Origin: the human T2T-CHM13v2.0 reference genome, Homo sapiens
Assembly: GCF_009914755.1 (NCBI RefSeq)
Contig: NC_060934.1
Length of the DNA: 64,000 bases
Direction: 5' to 3' (one strand)
Made by a program: the position numbers and the translations under genes. Below, piece after piece: positions 27,189-39,626 of this stretch. The notes below the pieces were generated by a model. It was not told where the DNA came from and searched no databases. It worked only from the letters and a program-made list of their open reading frames with translations. The first letter of the stretch is position 1. Each line of letters opens with the position of its first letter.

Positions 27189-28810
27189 AAATACACATTT
27201 TTTAATTATTGAAGTGGCATAAAAGAGGAGATCGAAATCACAAGAAAAGAGACACATTTTTAAATAGGCAGATTTTAAAAATAATTTTTAAAATAAATAA
27301 CACTTCTTGAAATAAAAGATAAAGTAACTGAAATGTAAAAAGAAAGATAATGCATTAGAAGAGGTTAAAGAAAGAACCAGTGAACTGGAAATTAGATGTA
27401 ACATAATTATGTTACAGATATAACACAAAGAACCAAAATAAATAAGAAACATGGAAGGGAATTTAAGACATTTAGGGAGAAAATGAGAAGTCCTCTGTAT
27501 CAGTCGGGGTCCACCTTTTAGCTTGGGCAGCAGCGGGACCCACATCTCTCCCTTCAACTTTTCCAGTCACACAGATTTCTTTTAGGAGTTCTGGCCAACC
27601 CCTAACCAGAAGCATACAGGGAAGGTAATTCTGGGAAGCAGAATTCAGCTTAGCCCCATTAGCACATTATAAAGCAACCACAACTTTGTGTTTATGTCAA
27701 GTAGGAACACCAAAGGAAATAACAGAGAATGGGAGAGAGGCAATACCAAAGAGATAAAAACTAGTAAATTTCCAGAATCATTAAATTAATAAATCCTTGA
27801 ATTTGAGAAACAAAATAAATACCAAGCAGGAAATATAAAAATATTTTCATGAAAATGCAGAACACCAAAGGCAAAAAGAAGATGATATCAAAAGCATCCA
27901 GCAATAAAAGATGAATTATCTAAACGAGGATAACATTTAGACCTACAGAAGACCTCTATAGCAACAATTCAACCAGAAGACAAGGCAGTGGAATAATATC
28001 TTGCCCGAATACAGTGTAATAATATCTTGCCCCTGTTGGGAGAAAATGTCTGCTAATCTAGAAGTGCATTGCCTGATAAACTATAGGAAAAAAATAAAGA
28101 CTTTTTAGACAAATGAGATTGTGAAAGTTTATGATTCAGGAGCCTCACTGAATAATAAAGGAAGTTCTTCAGGTAGACAGAAATTGAAGCCAGAGGGAAG
28201 GAGTAGGATTCAAAGAACAGTGGCAAGCAAAGAAATTGATCAACGTTTGGGTAAATCTAAACAAGTATTGAGTGTATAAAATCATATCAGTGACTAACTT
28301 GGTTGATACAACTAAGGTGAACAGTTAAGATGGACCTGAAACATTAGACAACAATAGCATATAAGAAGAAAATTAATTTTCATAATTGGTCTGAGATCCT
28401 TTTTATTGTTCAAGATGAGGATAGCTATACTGATTAAACTTCCTTACATCAAATACATACCCAAAAATTTGCAAATAACCATTAAAAGACAGAAAATAAA
28501 ACATAATATCATAGGGGGACGTTCCACTTTCCATATAGAGGAATGAGGACCTAACAAACCAATCCTTACACAAATAGCATCTATAAACACTGGACAGATA
28601 GAAGAATAAAATAAAAATGAAACAGCTCCTAGAGAGATTTTGTGACTGAACAAAGACAGACAGATTTTGGAGAGCAGTCAAAATTTGGAGCAAGTGACTT
28701 AAGTGACTGCCAAGGAGTGAGTTCCCCATATTTTATTGGCTTGGCCCCGAGGGTGGCTACACTTGGGGCCATGATGGAGGCAGTAGTGCAAAGCAGCTAA
28801 AACCCCACTG

Positions 28811-28919
28811 TATTGGACCTTGAATCAGTAAGCGCAAATACAGCTTTTGATCTGTAATGCTTTTATACAAAAGTTTATTTTAATAGTAAAATGTTTGTTC
28901 TAAAAAAAAAAAAAAAAAA
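28811..28919 (+). pseudogene. Tiny 5'-truncated processed retrocopy of an mRNA 3' end (source not identified)
   Basis: ~91-bp AT-rich insert with AGTAAA before A18, flanked by the TSD AAAACCCCAC(T/C)G. Confidence 0.7.
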
Positions 28920-30100
28920 CCCCACCGGTAGCCCATTGTCTCTCCGGCCTGAGGAGCCAGGGAAAAACAGGATCGAAAAACAGGATTCCTGCGGAGTAAA
29001 GGGAAAATTCCAGAGAGAAGAGACCCAGAGAAGTAGAAGCCTAGATTCTGTGTACAAAATTAGCCCAAACCTCTGGCGGACACCTGAAATATATCCATGT
29101 GAGACAAATTAAAAGCAGAGCCACGACGGTTTGCAGTTTGGCGGTGAAATTCTGCTAGAACAGAATCATCAACACTCTTAAGACCAATAGAACAGAGGCA
29201 GAATCTCTAACCACCTAACATTTAAAATGCCCAGGAGAGAATCCAAAATTTTTCAGGGTATGGAAAGCCAAGAAAATGTGACCCAGATTTAAGGGAAAAT
29301 ACATTCAACAGATGCCAAATCCAAGAGGACCCAGCTGTTGGAACTATCAGACAAACGGCAATGTTAACTATGCTCAGTGGGGTAAAGTACATGTTCTTAA
29401 TGAGGGAAATGATATAAAATATTAGCAAATAAATAGAAAATATTTTTTAAAATAAAATTTTAGAATTGAAAAATATTACATCTGAAATAAAAATAATCAG
29501 GCTTAATATAATGGCAAACGGAGATCACAGAAAAGATTCAGTGAACCTGAAAGTAGAACAATAGAAATAATCCAATCAGAAGAAGAAGGGAAAAAAGAGA
29601 CAGATAAAAATTAACAGAGCCTCGGAGGCTAGTGGGACAATTTCAGAACAGCCAACATGTTGATAACTGGAGTCCCAGAAAAAGAGGAGATACAAATTGG
29701 GGCAGAAAAACATTTGAATAAAAAATGGTAGTTAACCTCCCAAATTTGGTGAACGAGGACATTCACAAGTTTAAAAACCTTAGCAGACTCTAGACATAAT
29801 AAATTTGTCCATACCAAGGCCCATTATATCCAAACTGCTGAAAGTCAAAGAGAAAGAGAAAATTTTGAAGCAACCAGAGAAAAATGATATATTAGATGCA
29901 GGGAAAAAATTGAATGACTATATACTCATCAGAAATGGAATGGAGGAGATGAGGAAACAATGTATTTATAATGCCAAAAGAAAAGAGAAAGCTCTGCTAA
30001 TCCAGAATTCCATACCCAGAAAACTTATTCTCCAATGGTAAAAAGGAAGTAAAGACATTGTCAGATAAAAGAAAACTAAGATAATGTATCGTCACCAGAT

Positions 30101-30693
30101 TTACAAAGGGAAAAGTGAAAAAAATTTTTCCCTCTACTCTCCTGGCTTCTCTCCACCCTCCTAGCTGGGGCCCTGTAAATTAGATTGACAGAAGACAGAC
30201 TAACAAGAGAAAAACAAACACAAGTTTGTTGGCCGGTGCATCCTGCACGCCCGCAGGATAACTCAGGGATGAGGAACTCTGAGGGTGGTTAGAACTTGGG
30301 ATTCTAGAGCATCTTAGCAACAGAGCAATAAATGTTTAGAGAAGTGACAAGACAAGATAAAATACTTTGAGTTTTTAGGGGAGGCAAATTGCAGGAAGGT
30401 AAATATACGAGGAAACTAATGAAAGATAAGGGCTAGTGAGTAAGGTTTGTTAGGTAGATTTCTCTGGCTCCTCCCGGCTAATAAAACTCTAGGTTGTCTC
30501 AGGGGATTAGGTCTGTTCTTCCTGGTAGAGAGAAGGGCAGACACCTTTACAAATGCATGTCCTGCCTTGGCAAATATGGGAAGGGTAAGAGCTTTTCTAT
30601 CAATAGTATCTGCTTTTCCTAAACTGTCGTCAGCTCAAAATAATCCTTATGCCATATGGTATATTTTGGAGTCACATAGTTGGCTACCCTTCA
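30101..30693 (-). mobile_element. ERV1 solo LTR (MER34/MER39 group)
   Basis: CAGCTCAAAATAATCCTTATGCC...TATTTTGGAG...CCCTTCA terminus. Confidence 0.55.
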
Positions 30694-32410
30694 TCACAGA
30701 AAAACATTTAAAAATATTTGAACTGAATGACAATGAAAATACAACCCATTAAAACTTGTGGCATGTGGCTAAACCAATGCTTAGAAGAAAAGTTATATAT
30801 TAAATAGCTTTAGATGGTTAGATTGTAAAATACAGGGAAAATGAAAATGAAGACTTCATCAATACAGCAGATGGCAGAAAAGAAAAAACAATAATAAATG
30901 GAAGAAAAGGGGGATAAAACTGTGCAAATAGAAATCACAATGTAAGATGGATGGTAGAAAATAATTCAATACATCAGGAGTCAAGTATCTTTACATTAGT
31001 TTATTAAAGTCCTTGGTTAAAACACAAAGATTGTTAGATTTAATTTTTAAAATTTAAATATATACCATTTACAAAGTAATTCTGAAACAGAAAAGACTGG
31101 AAAAATACAGCAAGCAAAAGTTATCCAACGGAAAGCTGGGATAGCTATTTTGATATCAGGCAAAGCAAACTTTATGAGAAGTATTATTTAGGATGAAGAG
31201 GTTAACAGCAAGATGATAACATGAAGAATTTATATATGCCAAACACTCCAAATATATAAAACAGAAATAGACAGACTTACAAGACAAAAATTGACAATCC
31301 ACAAACACAACAGGAGGTAAACACACACCCTGCTAAAAGTGAGAAATCACGAACAAAAAATCAGTCAGAGAAAATAAGGGAGAACTGAAGAAGAAAGATG
31401 ATGCTAATATTCTGTGTTCACATACAACTTTATCAAGTTATTGCAATACTATCTTGACATCAACCTTGCTAAAAACAAACAGGGAAGGCACAGCAATCTA
31501 CATTTTAAAATACAGGAGACAGAGGACTAGGGAATGTGGGTGTCTGTGAGAATCAAACAGCCATGCTAGCAACCCAGGCAGAAATGAAAACGGACCTTCC
31601 CGGCTGCTCAGTAAAACTTCTCTCCTATAAGTCAAGCTCTCTCACACTTTGCTAATTCTCTCGTCTATCTTTATTTTACCGCCATGCTCAGATGTTGAGG
31701 AAATAATTATGTTATTAAGTGTAAGTGCTTTGAGCACTTTGGAGAAATGAGCTTTATAAATATGAGCCATTTCTATTCACCTGAGAAGCTGATCAGCTTT
31801 TTCTTCTCACCCTGGCCCTCTTTGTACCCTCTACAGGACATTTACATCCCTGAACAACATGCTCATGCTGAGTCCACGGAAGATACCAATGACTCACAAA
31901 GGCCAGAGAGAAGTGCAAGTGTAGAAACACGCCACATTCACACATCAGCCATGGGGAGGGAGGGAAATCGTTGTTTGCTAGAAATGACACTCCAGAGGTT
32001 TTGCTACTCATCATCTTCTTGCTGCCCAAGCCTCTGTTCAGTCCCCCACCAGATGCGTCATTCAAGTTGTAAAGCAAATGTACTATTTCTTGACATTTCT
32101 AGAAAACTACACCCTGGACTGCACCCTTACAGCTGCTCATGTCTATGAAACATTCTGTGTGGAACTCCATCCAGGCTAGCAGAAGTCACTGGACAATGCC
32201 AAAGCCCACCCAGGATGGACCAGTGGGAGCCGATGAGCCTGCTCTGTGTGACGAAGGGACGGCAGGCTCCAAGAACAGCCACCAACACCAAGACCCTTCA
32301 GTCCCAGCGAGGTGGCCTCAGGGTAGGAGGATTTCTAGGAAGTTCAGAGGAAACAAGGTAAGAAAAGAAGCCAGGGTTCATCGTCTCTCTTTCTAAACCC
32401 CATACTGTAG

Positions 32411-32613
32411 GGAAGTGGTCCTCATGCCCCCAGAGGACATGTCTGGAAACATTTTTGATGGTCACAGACAAAGAGGGGAGTGCTACTGGCATCTAATGGG
32501 TAGATGCCCAGGATGCTGCTAAATTCCTCCAGAGCTCAGGGCAGACCCCAAGGCCAACAAGGAATTACCTCACCCAAAATGTCAACAGTGCTGAGGATGG
32601 GAAACCCTGCCCT
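32411..32613. mobile_element. MER20 DNA transposon fossil
   Basis: GCTACTGGCATCTAATGGGTAGA...GGATGCTGCTAAA...CAAAATGTCAACAGTGCTGAGG. Confidence 0.8.
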
Positions 32614-32774
32614 GGGAGACCAACGTTTCCAGATCCCTGGCATCTCAGAGCCCATAAGACAGACAGGAGAGTTAAACTCAGGTGGAAATCTACCCCTCAA
32701 CCTGCATAAATTCCATTACTGCATCATTATCTGAAATGGAAAGCAGAACAAAAACCTCACAAAAACTAGAACAA

Positions 32775-32868
32775 ATGAACGAATGAAGGAACTAATGAAG
32801 GAATGAACTAATGAATGAATGAATGAATGAATGAATGAACTAATGAATGAATGAATGAAGTAATGAAT
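32775..32868 (+). repeat. (GAAT)n degenerate
   Basis: Seen directly. Confidence 0.85.
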
Positions 32869-33563
32869 TTGAATTGAAACACAGATTCAGTTTCATGTTG
32901 CCTCCAATCTCAAGAGGATCCTAGCCCAGGCAGCTCTGAAAGAAGGAAGAGAGGGAGGTCCAATTTCCTATCTCCATAAAGAGACTTAAAATGGGGAGTA
33001 CAGAGTCTTGAAGTCCTTCCCCACAACAGCTTTCCATTTGTTCCTCCAAATGCTCATGGGCTTTAAAGAGTTTTGGTAATTTCAGAAGACCTCTTACCTC
33101 TTCACCTGCAGGAATTCACAAGAGTGGAGCAGCCGTCTGGGAGGAGGGCTAGGGACAGCCAGCCGGTCTTGCAGGGCCCCTTGTCATCAGCTCAGCCCAG
33201 TGAAAGGAGCACTGAGCCCAGCGTCAGGCCTGGTTCTCACCTGACTCTGTCACCCTGGGCCTGTGGGGTCCCAGCAGGTCACTTTTTACAGCCTCAGCTT
33301 CCTCATCTGTGAATAAGGGGTCAACAGACCGTAGTCTCCCACATCTCCCCATTACATATGGAATAAACTCCCAACTCCGCAGGCCTTTGGAGCACCTTAG
33401 TGCAGAGCAGCCTCTGCACCCACCAACACCTCCCTCCCATCGTCCTCCTTCTCTCCCGTTCCTCTCAGCCCTGGCTCAGTCCATGCTGATCCATCCTTTC
33501 TGTCTGAAACCCCTCCTGCTCTCCTCTCCTGTCTTGAGTAGACAGGACTGCTCTCTTCTGTAG

Positions 33564-33881
<318 letters not shown>

Positions 33882-34072
33882 TTCCCTACCTTTCTAAACC
33901 ATGAGGCCCTGTATGGTTAGGGGCCACAACTTACTTATCTCTGAACTCGTGGGTGTCTTGGCAATACCTGGTACACAGTAAGTCCTCAATAAATATAGGA
34001 TGCATAAACGAGTAAAATCCAAGCCATTTCCCACTAAAACCTCCAGACCTCTGGTGTATGATGACCTGCTGT

Positions 34073-34291
34073 CATAGCCCAAAGGAATGGTTGAGTTTCA
34101 GGTATCCAGAGAAAAATGCAGGTGTAGAGCTTTCCCCTCAAACGTATTAACAAATAGATGGTGCTCAGTCATTTTCGCGGCAGGCTGCAGAGAAATCTTA
34201 AACTTTCGTGTTGTTTCACTGAGGGTACGGCAGAAGAGCCCAAGGAATGTGAAAGGAGAAACTTGCATAATTAGACTTTATGTGGGGAGTA
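34073..34291 (+). repeat. Copy A of a ~220-bp local direct duplication (copy B at 36059-36278)
   Basis: Hand alignment: ~22 substitutions and 1 indel over 220 bp. Confidence 0.95.
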
Positions 34292-34489
34292 GGCACCGAG
34301 TGTGTGACAAGCACAAGGGGCTACGTGTGCGGCCAGATGACGCTGCACGGTCAGAACCCACAAAACAACACGGCAACAGGTGGATTTTAAACCCCTTCTC
34401 TGCTTTCAAAGCAGGTCCAGGCTCTACATTTACAGAAGGAGAGTTAGGGCAAGGGGAATGTGGGGGAAACTGAAATTAGTTAGAACTAA

Positions 34490-34810
34490 GATCAGCAATA
34501 AAATTCTTCAAAGACACTGCTTCTCACTTTACCAGGATTTTTGTTTTGTTTTGTTTTGAGTTTTTATTTCTTCTTTTTCTTTTTTGTTCTTTGCTTTTAT
34601 CAATGAAGCAAGTTGCTAGGATGCAAAAGGAGTTGGGGGGTAGAAGGGCGGGGTGGGAAGCAGAGGTGGGAGGGGTCGAGGTTGGAGCACCTGTCGTCTG
34701 CATGACGTGGACGGCTGGTTCTGGTTGTATTTTAAATGAAATCTCATCCCAGCGTAGACACCACGTCTGGAATTACGATCCACCCTGTGATCTGTCACTT
34801 TTATATACAC
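34490..34810 (+). promoter_or_regulatory. UCN3: UCN3 proximal promoter: TATA-like TTATATA (34801-34807), TGACGTGG (34703-34710), GC box (~34647), RFX-like half site (34612)
   Basis: Motifs read directly upstream of exon 1; function inferred. Confidence 0.6.
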
Positions 34811-34829
34811 ACAGGGGAGGGGACCGTTT

Positions 34830-34998
34830 CCATAGAGAGGGAATATCACAGCCCACTTAGGAACAATACCGGAGAAGCAGGAGCCGAGACCCCGGAGCAG
34901 CCACAAGTTCATGGGGACGTGCACGGGGCCGCCCTCCTGGCCCTGAAGCTGCGCCGGCCTCCCTGAGCGTTTCGCTGCGGAGGGAAGTCCACTCTCGG
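34830..34998 (+). other. UCN3: UCN3 non-coding exon 1 (5' end uncertain, roughly 34735-34835)
   Basis: CpG-richer segment after a TATA-like box, ending CTCGG|GTAAGC; joins GGAGAG-ATG of exon 2 as in my recollection of the UCN3 mRNA 5' UTR. Confidence 0.8.
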
Positions 34999-36058
34999 GT
35001 AAGCTTGTGGCTGGGACTGACTTATGAAGGGTAAATGTATCTGCCCTAATTTAAGCAGGAGGTGCCATGCACTAGACAGGTGTGAGAGATGAGAGCTGCT
35101 AGCGCCCCTGGGTGGAAGCCCAAGGGAGCGATGCTGAACGCCCCCCACCCAATCAGCAGAAATCAGCCCCAAAGGGACCAGGGGAAGTTTCTCAGGGAGG
35201 CACAATCACATTCCCACGTTGGTATAGAGAGACCCTCTTTCCAAAGGTGTTAGATCAGAGGCAGAAGGTGTTCACACAAATCTGTTTTCTCTGAACAGAG
35301 CACAGCTGTGCACAGGAAAGTCAGTCCTCGGAGACAGTTTACAAATGGGGATGGGGTAGGGATGCCGGGGCAAATGGGAGCCACAGGACATGACTCCACG
35401 CCGCCTGCAAAGCAGCGAGGACACCTGCACTTACTGTTTACCTGTGCCACAAACCTTCACCTGTGCCATCTCCCGTCACTCTCGGGCACACCTGTGAAGC
35501 AGGTAACGTCTCCTTCCTAGGACGCGGCAAGTGAAATGCAGGTTAAGGGATTCACCCAAGAAAAGTCAGAGGCAAGGGAGTTTTCCCAGCCAGGTCCTCT
35601 GCCACCAAAGCCCAGAGCCCTTTGCCACACTAGGAACATTGCGGGGGTGTGTGCAGATACCTACAATGGCTAACTGCTACCTGTGAAGGGGAGATGGATG
35701 TTTGATGTTTATGTTTTCTGAAAATTCCTGTTCGCAATTTCTTTCCCAAGCATAGCCACCTACCAAAAATAACAAATGTGAGATTTTTAAAACGTTTTAA
35801 GTGGTCTAGTTTCAGTTTAACTTCTTATCAGTGTTTGCAGACAAACGGAGCCCACAGGAATAGCTCTGCACTTGGCAGAGATGTGTGATCAGTACTGTTT
35901 GCCTCCTTCCTTTGCTGCTTCATGTCCTGTCCTCTCCCTGTGAGGTGCTGGGAATTGGAGGCTGACCCAGGTCCCTCACGTTTCAGTGCTTGGCTCTGCC
36001 ACAGCTCCCAGAAGTAACTGTGTCTCTTTACAGCATCCTCGACAAGTGCTACTGTCAC

Positions 36059-36278
36059 CATAGCCCAAAGGAATGGTTGAGTTTCAGGCACCCAGAGAAA
36101 AATACAGGTGTAGAGCTTTGCCCCTCAAATGTATTAATAACTAGATGGTGCCCAGTTATTTTCGTGGCAGACTGCAGAGAAATCTTAAACTTTTGTGCTG
36201 TTTCACCAAGAATATGGCAGAAGAGTCCAAGGAATGTAAAAGGAGAAACTTGCAAAATTAGACTTCATGTGGGAAGTA
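36059..36278 (+). repeat. Copy B of the ~220-bp local direct duplication
   Basis: Hand alignment to 34073-34291. Confidence 0.95.
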
Positions 36279-37736
36279 CAGAGTATCTTTTCTTCTTTGG
36301 GGAGAGTTCCTTTTCTTTTATCCTATAAACCCTAAACAAATCTAAACAGATCCTAAAAAGAAAAGTCCTGGAAAGAAATCTGAATCTACCTTCCAGCCCC
36401 CAGCCACTCACACACTTTGATGGTGAAACCATCCAGGGTTGCAAAGAACCCTTACATTTTAAACGATCTAAAACTAAGCTCAGCACCGGGCGTCCCTATC
36501 ATGTCCAATTCACAGTTCTGGGAGGTTCCTTTGCTGTGTAACTTTGCATCATTGCTGATGGTAAGGGGACACCTTTCAATACCCTCACAACCGTGTGCAG
36601 GCTAGAGCTGAGGGTTTGCAGAGAGAGAAAGGTCTGCTACCTGCAGATGCACCAAGAACAGAGCGCCACGCAGGACACTTGCTCCCTGACACTTTCACAG
36701 ATTTTTCCACACCTTCAGCACCCTAGCCGTGATTACAGTATTCTTCTCTGATGGTAGACTTGGGATTTGAAAAATAAGAAGGTAATGCATTTTTTAAAAG
36801 GCACAGTATTTACAAATTGACCCCAAAAATGTGAAAAAGTAAATATAGAGGTAAAAGGGATCTCACTCCCTCTCCCCAATGCCTTGCTTTTGTAACTGAG
36901 ATGAGACAGGTAGCACTTCCAGGGAACACATCCAGAGGCTAGCCCATTGCAAGGGAAAACCTGAACTTTTTCACAGGAAAATTGCAGAAAGTTACTTAGA
37001 CGAGGCTGTTTCATGTTCAGAAGCCCTCATCTTTCAAGTGACTCTAGGTACACATGTATGATTTCATAATTAAAAAACAAAACCAAAAAAGTATGCCATA
37101 TAAAAGATTTTTTCCTCTATGATACGTAACAACATGATTTGCAGAGAGAATGTACATCCATGAAAGAATTTAAAAGAGGTTGTTTTGCTTTGGAAAATAA
37201 ATTGATTTAATTAAGTGCCTGAATACTAATCTGAATTTCAATTCATTCAACAAATATTGATTGAGAATATGATTTAGTATAAGGCACTATTGGCCATGTC
37301 AGGCTTTTCCAAGCATCCTGAGTCACTGCTGAGAGCCAAATGACCCAGAGGGATAGTGAAAGGCTTGGCATATTTAGCAGAAATGGAGACACCAAAGAAA
37401 TATAACACCCAAAGTGTCTTTAAGGGGTGGAGATAGACAGGTAAACTCAAGTGTTGATTTACACTAAAGGGCCAGTCCGTGTGAGCAGAGCCCCAAGATG
37501 GGCTTGAACTCAGAAAGTAGTCTGAGTTCTCAGTAATATTTGCAATTATTCTGCAAAGTTCTAAGTGTTTGAGGGTAAATGCAGAATGCTGCCCCGGGAA
37601 GGAAATAGAAAGGAGCAGGGAGGGGTTCCCTGGGCTGGGGTGCAGGGTTTGAGTGAGGAAGCAAAATAAACAAATGGGGTGGTGGGGCAGTGGGGAGAGA
37701 GCCATGTGGAACCCACAGAGGGAGGCCTGAGGGTAG

Positions 37737-38165
<429 letters not shown>

Positions 38166-38684
38166 TAGAGGGACCTCTGGCTTTCAGAAGTAGAAAAAGA
38201 AAGAAATCAGAACAAAGATTCTCGAACTCAATCCCCTGCTCTCACAGAGGAAAATAGTGAGGTCCTGGGCGGTTAGGCATGAGCTAGTGAGTGGGAGGGA
38301 CAGGACTGAGTCTGGTAGTGAAAGGAAAAAAGGGATGAAGGAAGAAAGGGACAGAGAGACAAAGTTTCTCCACCACTTTCCCGCCAGTATTAACCTTTCC
38401 AAATTGGTTTTTGTTTTTTTAAACCCTTTCAGGGTTAGCAAGCCATTCGAAATAATTTCCAAGCTTTAAGATGCCTTCAAGGTATAAGGCAGCTAAAACC
38501 ATGCTTCATACTCTATTTATGAAAAACAACTCATTAGGTCCTCTGTAAATGAGAAAGCTGAAGGTCTGCCTATTGAATGCAACATTTAAGGAAAGAAAAG
38601 CCCATTTTCCACAGGGATGGTTAGTGCACCCCTGGAACTCCGGGGTACAGCTCTAAGGAGTCCAGAGTCGGGTCAGAGCACGCA

Positions 38685-38875
38685 GAGCAGCGGTTCTCAG
38701 AGTGTGGCCCTCAGACCTCAGCATCAGCATCACGTGGGACTGTGCTAGAAATGCATGTTCTCAGGAGCGTCCAGACCCAGTGACTCAGAAACTCTTGGGA
38801 CGGGGCCCCGCAGGCTGTGTTTGAACCGCGCCTTCACATGAGTCCAAAGCACCTGAAAGTTGAGAACCGCTTACT
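38685..38875. mobile_element. MER5A
   Basis: CAGCGGTTCTCAGAGTGTGG...AAAGTTGAGAACCGCT. Confidence 0.8.
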
Positions 38876-39626
38876 TAGACTAAGGGCAAAAGGAGTCTGC
38901 ACAGGTCAGGGTGGAGAGGGTAGCATGGAGCCAAAAGCTACAAGCCAGAGATACGATACAACAAGGACATTGCTCTGCAGGATCAAATGCTTGCTCAGAT
39001 TTCCTGGTCTCTCTGTACATATGTGTATTGTGTATACACAACTGTGTGTGTAAAATGCACTTCTGAAAAGGTTGTGTGCAGACCAGATCTTCTCCTAAGA
39101 AGACCTGGAGATTATTCAGGTGTGGGTCAGCCTTGATTGAGCATCTGCTCAGACAAGGAGCTTTCATACACACATTGACGTTTCTCATCGAATCCTTCAC
39201 TTAACCTTCATGAGGTGGTTATTGCCATCCCATTTATCAGAGAAGGAAATTGAAATTCACAGAGGTTATCGGCCCAAACCCTCAGGCAAATAAGGAAATA
39301 AGGACGAAGAAGGAATTCGAGCCTGTGTCTAACTCCAAAGCCTGTGTTGTTCTCACTTCGCCAGGCAACATGCCCAGATCTGGCTAGTTCATAGGTTTGG
39401 ACTATTTAAAGCGAGGATCATGTGTTTTCTCATAAATTATGAAAAATATTAGTGCATAAAATAAGCTCTCAAAATTTTTGTAATGCAAAATAAATGGAAC
39501 AAACAAAGCAAAACCTGATTTCTTAGACAAAAAAATTAAAGGAAAGAAAGGCAACAGCTGCAATGTGGAGAACCAAGGGAAGGAACAGGCTTTGACAGGA
39601 AATGTGCTGGGTAAACATTTATCCAC

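Larger units (their letters stand above)
26300..31390 (+). mobile_element. Degraded old L1M 5'/ORF1/early ORF2 fragments
   Basis: A-rich + strand; ORF1-like remnants such as PRPIISKLLKVKEKEKILK. Confidence 0.65.

Noticed and set aside
34087-36328. Two ORFs sharing peptide sequence (CREILNF...QKSPRNVKGETC) that look like paralogous genes
   Set aside because: The similarity is just the 220-bp DNA duplication; starts and ends differ and an indel breaks the shared frame
36479-36723. REST/RE1-like TCAGCACC half sites in intron 1
   Set aside because: The right half (GGACAG) is absent at canonical spacing
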